A stretch of 64,000 nt of DNA from an uncultured Candidatus Saccharibacteria bacterium. Lineage in GTDB: Bacteria > Patescibacteriota > Saccharimonadia > Saccharimonadales > Saccharimonadaceae. The notes beneath the pieces were generated by a model, which saw only the letters and a list, made by a program, of their open reading frames with translations, ran no database searches and was not told the DNA's origin. This document shows positions 55,425-63,685 of this stretch, one piece after another. Numbering within the stretch: the first letter of the stretch is position 1; the number at the start of each line of letters is the position of its first letter. The stretch spans positions 6,925 to 70,924 of the forward strand of contig CAUSPY010000003.1 in assembly GCA_963533665.1 (NCBI GenBank), given 5' to 3'. Made by a program: the position numbers and the translations under genes.

Positions 55425-55478
55425 ACAATATATTGTAGCGCGTTAAAGGCTAATCTGAAAGTTGCGCGCGAGTCACCC

Positions 55479-56060
55479 TTATCTCATTGAGGAGACGATT
55501 GCGATAATAATTATGATTAGCACCAGAGCAAACCCGGAAACTATACCGATACTTATAGATGTTAGTGCCAAGTTGCCAGATTTTGCGTACGGAGCATACG
55601 TACGCAAGTTTTCGTACCACCAATGAATACCTTTGTTGCTAGCCGCATATCCTTGCGCAGTTAAGGCAGTAAGACCAATAAGCGGACTGGCAGCCGCGCC
55701 AGCCAAAAGAAACGGACTCGCCCGGTCGTTAAAATCAAGTTTCAGATGCCTGCCAGCAGCTGTAATATACAAATGATCGAAACTAATTTTAACTTTCGTA
55801 ACTTGACTGATATCAACATCAAACTCAAGCCCCAGCGGCCTGCTCGTGTTCTCGTCAATCCGAACCAGCCGAATCCTGTTGGCTGTCGTCCATTCCAGCA
55901 TACACGCCGGCGAATCATTGAATATGGTTACGCCATAACTGATAACTTTTACATAATTGACCAGCGGCATGTTATCAAGAGCGCTAACCATTGACGGCGG
56001 CTGAACAGGCGCTTGAGCTGGCTGCTGCATTTGCATCATTTGATTTTGCTGCGGATTCAT
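55479..56060 (-). CDS. Hypothetical protein with a Gln/Pro-rich N-terminus and a C-terminal TM anchor
   Basis: 'MNPQQNQMMQMQQPAQAPVQPP...' at the start and the terminal 'GFALVLIIIIIAIVSSMR'. The SD is aaagga. Confidence 0.5.
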   Translation of the reverse strand: MNPQQNQMMQMQQPAQAPVQPPSMVSALDNMPLVNYVKVISYGVTIFNDSPACMLEWTTANRIRLVRIDENTSRPLGLEFDVDISQVTKVKISFDHLYITAAGRHLKLDFNDRASPFLLAGAAASPLIGLTALTAQGYAASNKGIHWWYENLRTYAPYAKSGNLALTSISIGIVSGFALVLIIIIIAIVSSMR

Positions 56061-56099
56061 TCTATTATCCTTTCTGATTTTTATGGCATTGCGCCAAAG

Positions 56100-59042
56100 T
56101 TAATTATGCTTTTTCAAGTAGATTTCTACCGGTTTACCGTCAACTTTAACATCATATTTTTCCATATCGTCCGCCGCCGTAGAGCCTAGCTTTACAGCCA
56201 GCGTCTCGGACTTGATAGTATCAGCAAATACATCGACAGCCTGAACGATCTCTGCGTCGCTACTAGTAATGCCAAGTTCAATCCTATCATCCACCTGCAA
56301 CCCAGCTTTCTTACGCGCGCTCTGGACGTGGCGAACAATCTCGCGCATCAGGCCTTCGCGTTTGAGCTCGGGCGTTAAGTGCTTGCTAATTTCGATCCAA
56401 CTCCCTGGCTTGATCGCGCCCTCGGTCACATCATAGTCCGCCAAGTGCTCGTCTAGATTCTCAATCCAGCGAATTTCCTTAACATTTAGCTCCTCAGCCA
56501 TGATCTGCTCATAGTAGCCAGTCAGTTTCACGCCTGCATATGCCGCACATTGCAGCGGTTGGCGCACCTTGATCGACACCTGATGCTCATCCTGCTTCAT
56601 ACGCAGACTCAGGCCGTTGTTGATCAATTCACGCGTCCGAGCCATGTCGGCTAGAACCTGCTCGTTCACCGCACCCGCCGGCAGCCAATCCTTCAAATGA
56701 ATCGATTCATCATCACCCATCAAATTATGATACAATTCCTCGGCCAAGAACGGCGTAAATGGAGCCAAGATATAGCTCAAGCGCACCAGCACGTAATGCA
56801 GCGTGCGGTAAGCATCGTTCTTATCACCATCATCTTCAGACTTCCAGAAGCGGCGGCGGCTGCGGCGGACATACCAGTTGGAAGCGTCGTCCAGGAATGG
56901 CAATATCGGCTTGGTGGCGTCTTGTAAATTGTAATCATCAAGACCCTTTTCAACATCCGTCACCAATTGATGTAAGCGGCTAACAATCCAAATATCCAAC
57001 GGATTGGTCAACGTACCAAGTGGATCTTTCAAATCGCCATTAAACTCCCAACCATCAACTTCCGCATACATCGTGAAGAAATCATACATATTCCAAATCA
57101 TGCCGAGCTTGCGCGCCACATCCATGACATCCTTATCCGCTAGTGCAAAATTCTCGCCATTTGTCAGCGGACTAGATAGCATAAGAAAGCGGAAGCTATC
57201 AGCCGACGTTTTATCCATCAGCTCCATCGGATCGGTGTAGTTTTTTAGCTTTTTACTCATCTTTTTGCCGTCCGCCGCGTTGATAAACCCGGTACAAATC
57301 AAATTTTTCCACGGAGACTTACCGAATAACGCCACATTGACCGCCGTCAAACTATAAAACCAACCACGGGTCTGATCAATCGCTTCAATGATGAAATCGG
57401 CCGGAAAACTTGCTTCAAATTTTTCCTTATTCTCAAACGGATAATGGAACTGAGCAAACGGCATTGAGCCAGATTCGAACCAACAGTCGAGCACCTTACC
57501 GATATGCCGCATTTCCACACCATCGCACTCAAAAGTCACGTCCATCACTTGCGGCAAATGATAATCATCCAGTCTACGCCCCGTCAGTTCTTCAAACTCC
57601 GCAAAACTACCAATCACCTTGACAACTTCCGTGCCGTCATTCTTGACGCCTTTCCACACTGGAATCGGCGTCGCCCAATAACGGTCGCGGCTCAGATTCC
57701 AATCCGGTGCTTGCTCAATAATATTATGAAACCGCCCCGTCCGCAGATTATCTGGCGTCCAATGAGTCTGTTCATTTGCCTCTAGCATTTCTTTTTTCTG
57801 GCTTTGAATATCCATGAACCAGCTCGGATGTGCTCGATACATCAATTTCGTGCCACAGCGGTGACAATGCGGATATTCGTGGCGAATATAGTCAATCTTC
57901 AGCGCTCGGCCTTCCTCCAGCAATGTCTTGGCAATCTCTTTATTGACCTCCCAGATATTACGACCGAGCCACCTGCCCTCAGTATAGTTGCCATCACCAT
58001 CTACCAACGACAACACCGGCACATCATGCTTGCGGCATAGTTCATAATCGTCTTCGCCATAAGCTGGCGCAATATGCACCAGACCTGTACCGTCATCGGT
58101 CGTCACAAAATCAGCATGCAACACTTTATGAGCGTTCGGCCCGCGATTTTCAAACAGCGGCTCAAATCGCTTGCCCACCAATTCCGCACCTTTTATCTCT
58201 TTAATGACTGAATATTCAAGCGGCTGATGTTTTTCATCGGTCATAACTCTTTCGATAGCATCACTTGCGATATAGAATTTCTTATCGCCGTACGCCACCA
58301 ATGAATAGTCAACATCTCGGTTGATTGCCACCACCATATTTGCCGGCAAGGTCCACGGCGTCGTCGTCCAGGCAAGCAAATATTCATCTTCGTCTTCCAG
58401 CTTAAAATAGACAAACAAGCTTGGGTCGGTGTCCATCTGGTAGCTGTTTTCCATCGCCACCTCACTCTTGGAAATTGGCGTAGCATCCTTAGTGCAATAG
58501 ATCAGGATTTTCTCGCCCTCATAAATCTTACCCTCTTCATAGAGCTTCTTAAATGCCCACCAAACCGATTCCATGTAATTATTGTCCATGGTCTTATAAG
58601 CACCCTTAAACTCAACCCAGCGACCGATTCGCTCAATTGTATCTTCCCACTCGGTGCCAGTTCGCACCATAGCCGCACGGCATTCCTTTACATAATCCGA
58701 CACACTAATTTTCGCGCCAATTTCTTTTTTATTAGAAATTCCCAGCGTTTTCTCAACGTACACCTCAGCTGGCAGACCATGACAATCCCAACCCCAACGG
58801 CGCTCAACTCGCTGACCTTTCATGGTATGAAATCGCCCCATCGTATCCTTAACCGTACTCACCAGCAAATGCCCATGATGCGGCGTACCAGTCAAAAACG
58901 GCGGCCCATCATAAAACACCCAGGAATTATCCGCCGGGCGTTGTTGCACCGACTTATTGAACGTATCGTCGTCCTTCCATCGCTGCACCCAATCCTTTTC
59001 ATATTCTGCCGCGCGGCGGCGTGTTCCGTGTTTGAATTTCAT
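56100..59042 (-). CDS. ileS: Isoleucyl-tRNA synthetase, type 2 (eukaryote-like)
   Basis: 'FYDGPPFLTGTPHHGHLL' and 'KMSKKLKNYTDP' follow the type-2 pattern (PPFATGxPHYGH and KMSKRLKNYPDP). Confidence 0.96.
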   Translation of the reverse strand: MKFKHGTRRRAAEYEKDWVQRWKDDDTFNKSVQQRPADNSWVFYDGPPFLTGTPHHGHLLVSTVKDTMGRFHTMKGQRVERRWGWDCHGLPAEVYVEKTLGISNKKEIGAKISVSDYVKECRAAMVRTGTEWEDTIERIGRWVEFKGAYKTMDNNYMESVWWAFKKLYEEGKIYEGEKILIYCTKDATPISKSEVAMENSYQMDTDPSLFVYFKLEDEDEYLLAWTTTPWTLPANMVVAINRDVDYSLVAYGDKKFYIASDAIERVMTDEKHQPLEYSVIKEIKGAELVGKRFEPLFENRGPNAHKVLHADFVTTDDGTGLVHIAPAYGEDDYELCRKHDVPVLSLVDGDGNYTEGRWLGRNIWEVNKEIAKTLLEEGRALKIDYIRHEYPHCHRCGTKLMYRAHPSWFMDIQSQKKEMLEANEQTHWTPDNLRTGRFHNIIEQAPDWNLSRDRYWATPIPVWKGVKNDGTEVVKVIGSFAEFEELTGRRLDDYHLPQVMDVTFECDGVEMRHIGKVLDCWFESGSMPFAQFHYPFENKEKFEASFPADFIIEAIDQTRGWFYSLTAVNVALFGKSPWKNLICTGFINAADGKKMSKKLKNYTDPMELMDKTSADSFRFLMLSSPLTNGENFALADKDVMDVARKLGMIWNMYDFFTMYAEVDGWEFNGDLKDPLGTLTNPLDIWIVSRLHQLVTDVEKGLDDYNLQDATKPILPFLDDASNWYVRRSRRRFWKSEDDGDKNDAYRTLHYVLVRLSYILAPFTPFLAEELYHNLMGDDESIHLKDWLPAGAVNEQVLADMARTRELINNGLSLRMKQDEHQVSIKVRQPLQCAAYAGVKLTGYYEQIMAEELNVKEIRWIENLDEHLADYDVTEGAIKPGSWIEISKHLTPELKREGLMREIVRHVQSARKKAGLQVDDRIELGITSSDAEIVQAVDVFADTIKSETLAVKLGSTAADDMEKYDVKVDGKPVEIYLKKHN

Positions 59043-59116
59043 ACTTTTCCTCCTTATCTACCTTATATTCACTGCTTTGTTTAAATTATTAATCAAACTT
59101 TCCTATTCACTGTTCA

Positions 59117-59911
59117 TCATTCTATTAGTTTCCTCATCGCTTTTACTATCTCCTCATGAACGATTCCATTGCTTAGTACCGCCCCGCGGATATCCTGATC
59201 ATACCGCTGCTCCCGGCCGAAAAGATCAGTCACCTTACCGCCAGCTTCCTCGACGATGACTTTCGCCGCCGCAATGTCAACATTCTTACCTTTTGTACCA
59301 ACAAAAACCGACGCAACAAACTCGCCGCGCGCCACCAGTGCCGCAGCGTGCGTTGTACTGCCAACCGTCGTTACATACACATCTTTTTCATAAGCAAGAT
59401 CATGAACGACTTGCATCACATCCCATGGAGCGCTCGGCCACCAATCAACATTCATTTCCACACGGCCATCCAGACTATGCTGACTAACGTGAATCGGCTG
59501 GCTATTCATGTACGCGCCACGACCACGTGACGCCCAGTACAGATGGTCGCTAAACGGCGCATAAATCACACCAACCTCTGGCTGGCCATCAATCACTAGC
59601 GCCAGAGAAAACACCGACACAGGCAATCCCATTATAAACGAAGAAGTACCGTCAATCGGATCGCAAGCCCAAACATATTTTGAACCACGGCGCTGATTCG
59701 CCTCTTCGCCATCAATATCGTGGGCTGGGTATCGCTCAGTTACCCGCTTAATGACGAGATCGTTAATCTCCTCATCAGCAACAGTCACAATTGTATTGTT
59801 TGCTTTGAAATGAGAGTCTGGTTTCTTACCAAAATATTTTCGCATAATATCGCCCGCCTCCAGCGCCACGCTTTTCGCAAAATCTAGCCATTCTTGATGC
59901 TGATTAGTCAT
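59117..59911 (-). CDS. Inositol monophosphatase family protein
   Basis: 'WACDPIDGTSSF' and 'VADEEINDLV' motifs. Its start overlaps the GNAT gene stop by 8 nt. Confidence 0.85.
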   Translation of the reverse strand: MTNQHQEWLDFAKSVALEAGDIMRKYFGKKPDSHFKANNTIVTVADEEINDLVIKRVTERYPAHDIDGEEANQRRGSKYVWACDPIDGTSSFIMGLPVSVFSLALVIDGQPEVGVIYAPFSDHLYWASRGRGAYMNSQPIHVSQHSLDGRVEMNVDWWPSAPWDVMQVVHDLAYEKDVYVTTVGSTTHAAALVARGEFVASVFVGTKGKNVDIAAAKVIVEEAGGKVTDLFGREQRYDQDIRGAVLSNGIVHEEIVKAMRKLIE

Positions 59912-60482
59912 GACTTTCCTCTGTTTGCAACGATTTTGTCATTAACCGTAGCTTATATACCTGCGGATTAGGCTTGCCGAAGAGAAAATCATACGTATCA
60001 TTACCGCCTACTTGCTGATAACTGTAACCTAGTTTCTCGTATAGTTTTTTCGCTGGTTCATTTGAAATTTCAACACCTAGTCCAATCATAGAAAAACCTT
60101 GGCGGCGGGCTTCATTTTCTGCTGCCGCAATAAGCATAGTTGCCAAGCCCCGACGTCGATAATCCTCATCAATCTCCAGCGCATTGATTTGCGGCAAACC
60201 TGGAAAATCCTTTTCAATGATAGAGGTCTCATCGCCCCAGTCATGCCGCAAAGTCACCCGGCCGGCATAGCGTCCACCCGCCTCTACCGCCAACACCACC
60301 GCCTTTTTCTGTTTACTTAGATTGCGCAGCTCCGCCTCATAATCATCAGAGATATACATCTCCTTTTTAAGGCAAGTAAATGAGCTGCTGTCGGGCGACA
60401 CCGCTTCAATAGCTGGTGTGTGTTTATCAGGCAAGTATTCGCCGTTAGTGTCTCTAAGTGATTCCCGCTCGCTAGTTGGCAT
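59904..60482 (-). CDS. GNAT family N-acetyltransferase
   Basis: 'EIDEDYRRRGLATMLIAAAENEARRQGF...NEPAKKLYEKLGY'. ATG 60482 has a ggaagga SD. Confidence 0.85.
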   Translation of the reverse strand: MPTSERESLRDTNGEYLPDKHTPAIEAVSPDSSSFTCLKKEMYISDDYEAELRNLSKQKKAVVLAVEAGGRYAGRVTLRHDWGDETSIIEKDFPGLPQINALEIDEDYRRRGLATMLIAAAENEARRQGFSMIGLGVEISNEPAKKLYEKLGYSYQQVGGNDTYDFLFGKPNPQVYKLRLMTKSLQTEESHD

Positions 60483-60964
60483 TGTTATAGTTTCCTTCCA
60501 AAATAAAATCACCTCTTTTGACTTCGAGAATCCGCTGGAGGTGTTTCAAACGGACGGTACCATCTCGATTCCAAAAGAAGTGATTTTTCGCAGGTTTTGC
60601 CAAGCTGATCGGCATCCACGCACTCTTTTAGCGCTCAATTGTCGCTTTGTCGCAGCGAGTCGCGGCGGGGTCTAATTTCAGCTGTTTCAAAATCATACCG
60701 ATTTCTTCCCGCAGGCTTCGCGGTTGATAGCCGCTCATTTCGTCGCGCCGCCACAACAGCCGGCACACACGAAAACGCCCTGCAGTAATTGTAGCGCGTT
60801 TTCGTCGTAATTGCCAGGTTCGGGCAACCATATTTCCTAGAAAACCAACTTCCTCGTTGTAATTAAGAATTTTGCCATAAGTTTCGTTTACCTTTGCCTG
60901 ACTTTTACTTTTGTAGATTTTTATTATGCTCTCTCTGAATTTGTAAATAATGGCAACAGACGCT

Positions 60965-61723
60965 CTAGAAACTATGCAAGTCTTCCCATTCCTTCAATAG
61001 GTGGCAAATATTCGCCCCCATGCCATCAACATCATTCGGGAATTTATCCAAATTAGCGCGTAGATATTCTTCATTGGGAACAAATAATTCACTATTCTCT
61101 AAGCTCTCAAGGACTCCTTCTCTAGTCCTAACATACGGTGCGCGCATCATACGCTTACCAGACCTTGAAACAGTTGCCGCTAATCTATCTGTGTCGCTTA
61201 ATCCAGACCTTATCAACTCACCAATGAAACGACCAGTCCGACCGTTACCATCATTAAACATGTGTGTCCAAACTATCAAAGATTCATACGCTTCAGCAAC
61301 GGCGTCTAATTTTTCTTCTACAGGTCTATCAGACGAATTAACCCATTCACGCATAACCTCCATACCGCTATTAAGACAGTTAATCTTATCTTTTGTAGCC
61401 GGCGTATGCATCATAGGAAGTGTTCCGTGACCTTCTTTGCCAGAAAGAAATTCAGACCTTAAATCGTCAAATGTTTTACCTCTAAGAAGAGCGTTAGTGT
61501 TTATAAGCAGCCCCACATACCTGTCTGACAAGACCATTTCAAGCCTTTCGTTAGGATCGTTAAGCTTATCTTGCAAAGGCATAAGATCGTCAATATGATC
61601 TTGTACCCAATTTCTACGATTATCCTCATTTGTCTGAGGGTCGTCTTTGCCGCCTTCTATATCTCCCCAAGCCCCCCAAGCTTTATTGAGAGCCTCCTCT
61701 ATTAAATCACCCTTATTAGCCAT
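60965..61723 (-). CDS. Fic/DOC family protein (putative AMPylase or related)
   Basis: 'HMFNDGNGRTGRF' (61229-61264) matches HxFx(D/E)GNGRxxR. ATG 61723 has an agaggag SD. Confidence 0.85.
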   Translation of the reverse strand: MANKGDLIEEALNKAWGAWGDIEGGKDDPQTNEDNRRNWVQDHIDDLMPLQDKLNDPNERLEMVLSDRYVGLLINTNALLRGKTFDDLRSEFLSGKEGHGTLPMMHTPATKDKINCLNSGMEVMREWVNSSDRPVEEKLDAVAEAYESLIVWTHMFNDGNGRTGRFIGELIRSGLSDTDRLAATVSRSGKRMMRAPYVRTREGVLESLENSELFVPNEEYLRANLDKFPNDVDGMGANICHLLKEWEDLHSF

Positions 61724-61827
61724 CTTATAACTCCTCTTTACAATACATTGACCCTTATTATACACGAAATATTAATATTTGTCAATATATTATTAGGTCG
61801 CAGAGGCTAAAAAAAGAAGCTTACCTT

Positions 61828-62517
61828 TTATTTTACTTCCAAACCGCCCAAAACGCACTCGCCGCGCAGATAGATTGTCTTTTTAGCGGAAGATTTGGAT
61901 ACTGTTTTGTCCTCGCTGCCGCCCAAAATGCCGCGAACTTCGTTTTTAACAATCACATCGTCTGGCAAGCTGAGGCTGACGCCGCCGCAAAACGTAAAGA
62001 TGTCAATGACCGCACCGTCCTTAATTTTCGCCTGGCGCAAATCCAAATCTACGCCACCAAATATCGCCGTTGCTGAACCGCCAGCATAATCGCCCTTCAC
62101 GCGCGACTCTTCACCATAAAAAATCGCAACTTTTTCATTATCGCTACTGTCACTGGCTGATTTTTCATATTTCTTGCGATTTCCAGATCCAATACTAAAC
62201 ACCACCATCAGACCAACAGCGATCAACACCACAGGCCAAAACAGCTTCCAAATACTAACATCAATTATGCCATACGCGTTCAGACCAATCGACACACCAG
62301 TAGCCATCAATAGCAAACCCCACGCTCGCGTTAGCATCTTCCGGGAGCTGATTATCGTGGTTAGTCCCGCCAAAATCAGGCCAACCGCCCAAACCGTTCC
62401 CCAAAACAAGTGCCAGCTATCAAACTTGATAATCTCGAGGTTCCTCAGTAACAGAACCCCGCCGAGCGCCGCAATGGTGATACCAAAGAAAGCCCTAACA
62501 AGAAAATTTTTCTTCAT
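61828..62517 (-). CDS. LiaF-like membrane protein (TM bundle plus a C-terminal toastrack/DUF2154-like domain)
   Basis: Four TMs are followed by 'GGSATAIFGGVDLDLRQAKI...IFTFCGGVSLSLPDD...ILGGSED', a pattern seen in LiaF-type proteins (from memory). Confidence 0.6.
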   Translation of the reverse strand: MKKNFLVRAFFGITIAALGGVLLLRNLEIIKFDSWHLFWGTVWAVGLILAGLTTIISSRKMLTRAWGLLLMATGVSIGLNAYGIIDVSIWKLFWPVVLIAVGLMVVFSIGSGNRKKYEKSASDSSDNEKVAIFYGEESRVKGDYAGGSATAIFGGVDLDLRQAKIKDGAVIDIFTFCGGVSLSLPDDVIVKNEVRGILGGSEDKTVSKSSAKKTIYLRGECVLGGLEVK

Positions 62518-62552
62518 ACCCCCATTATGACATATCAATCGCAGCTAGTAAA

Positions 62553-63572
62553 TTATCGCTTCCGGCGCTTTTTCACTAGGACAATCACCCGCCAAACCGC
62601 CGCAATAACTATGGCAATCGCTCCAATAATAATCGCCCAAGCACCAGGTGTCGGCCAGAAAAATAATTCTATCGGTTCAACCTTTTTCGTCGTTAAATCA
62701 GCCGAATTTTTACTAACGCCCCATTCGCCGGCCTTTTTATTATAAGCAATTGAAAGCTCGGCACGGTACTTGCCGCCCCAGAACGGCTGTAAATTACTCT
62801 CGTAGCGGAACTGGCGGATCTGCTCGGCAATTGCCGCATACTCGCCGCCGTTTTGATAAACAACGTTGCCCAACATATCTTTAACTACTAGCTTGACGTC
62901 AACATCCGCCGAAACGTTGCCAGAATTTTTAATAGCAACATTATACAGCTGCTTGCCGTTATTATCGACAGCGAATTTGTCAATTGTCACATCACGGTGA
63001 ATATTACCAGGGATAGTAATCGCCATACGCACTGCTTGGCGGGTTTGCAGCTGAATACCGCCTTTCTTAGCAGCGGCTGGATCGGCTTTGCGCTGGATCA
63101 CCAAACAGGCATTGTGCTCGCCAACGTCAGCCTTATCAGGCACGGTAACTGCGAAATCAACGTTCGTCGATGCACCAGGTGCCAAAACCACCTCGCTTTT
63201 GGCTAGCCTCACCCAATTGCCAGCATCTTTCTTTTCCTCAACCTGCTGCTTGCATGTCATATCGCCAGTCGCCGTAACCGTGCCATCGACGGCATACACC
63301 TCGATATTCACCTGCTCGGCCAAGCCGTTAGTTATCGTTAGCTGATCGGATTTACTAGCGCCGCGATTCAATTGATAAATAAAAATCGACTGCGTCCGCG
63401 GGTTGTTCGGATCAGGATTCGCCGGGCGGCTGCCAGTTCCTGCCGCCAAAGCCGATGACGGCAGCAAGGCGCTCACCGCGACCGTCATTATCGCTAGCTT
63501 GCGCCAGCATGAAACTATACCCCGTATTCTCCTCATTAAAATCATATGATTTATTATATCAAGCCAAGACAC
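62553..63572 (-). CDS. Cell-surface protein, DUF916/DUF3324-like, with a C-terminal TM anchor and basic tail
   Basis: A signal peptide ('...LLPSSALAAG') and a beta-rich ectodomain ('IFIYQLNRGASKSDQLTITNG...IEVYAVDG') are followed by 'WAIIIGAIAIVIAAVWRVIVLVKKRRKR'. The family call is from memory. Confidence 0.5.
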   Translation of the reverse strand: MSWLDIINHMILMRRIRGIVSCWRKLAIMTVAVSALLPSSALAAGTGSRPANPDPNNPRTQSIFIYQLNRGASKSDQLTITNGLAEQVNIEVYAVDGTVTATGDMTCKQQVEEKKDAGNWVRLAKSEVVLAPGASTNVDFAVTVPDKADVGEHNACLVIQRKADPAAAKKGGIQLQTRQAVRMAITIPGNIHRDVTIDKFAVDNNGKQLYNVAIKNSGNVSADVDVKLVVKDMLGNVVYQNGGEYAAIAEQIRQFRYESNLQPFWGGKYRAELSIAYNKKAGEWGVSKNSADLTTKKVEPIELFFWPTPGAWAIIIGAIAIVIAAVWRVIVLVKKRRKR

Positions 63573-63685
63573 TCATGGCTATACCAACACCCGCTGATAC
63601 TTCCAAAAACTAAACAATCCGCGTAAATGAAAATCAGACGCCCGAAAGAACGCCTGATTTTCACTGAATATAACTGCGCCAGATC

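Noticed and set aside
60790-60815. The minus-strand string acgacgaaaac is identical to part of the E. coli tmRNA tag-coding region, which raised the idea of an ssrA gene.
   Set aside because: No tRNA-like acceptor or T-arm (GGTTCGAATCC...CCA) is nearby. No tag-like reading frame ends in ALAA-stop. An 11-mer match is within chance.
60628-60831. A 67-aa Arg-rich ORF whose C-terminus 'EEIGMILKQLKL' faintly recalls the HicA toxin ending.
   Set aside because: The similarity is limited to a few residues, the rest does not fit HicA, and there is no SD and no HicB-like partner.
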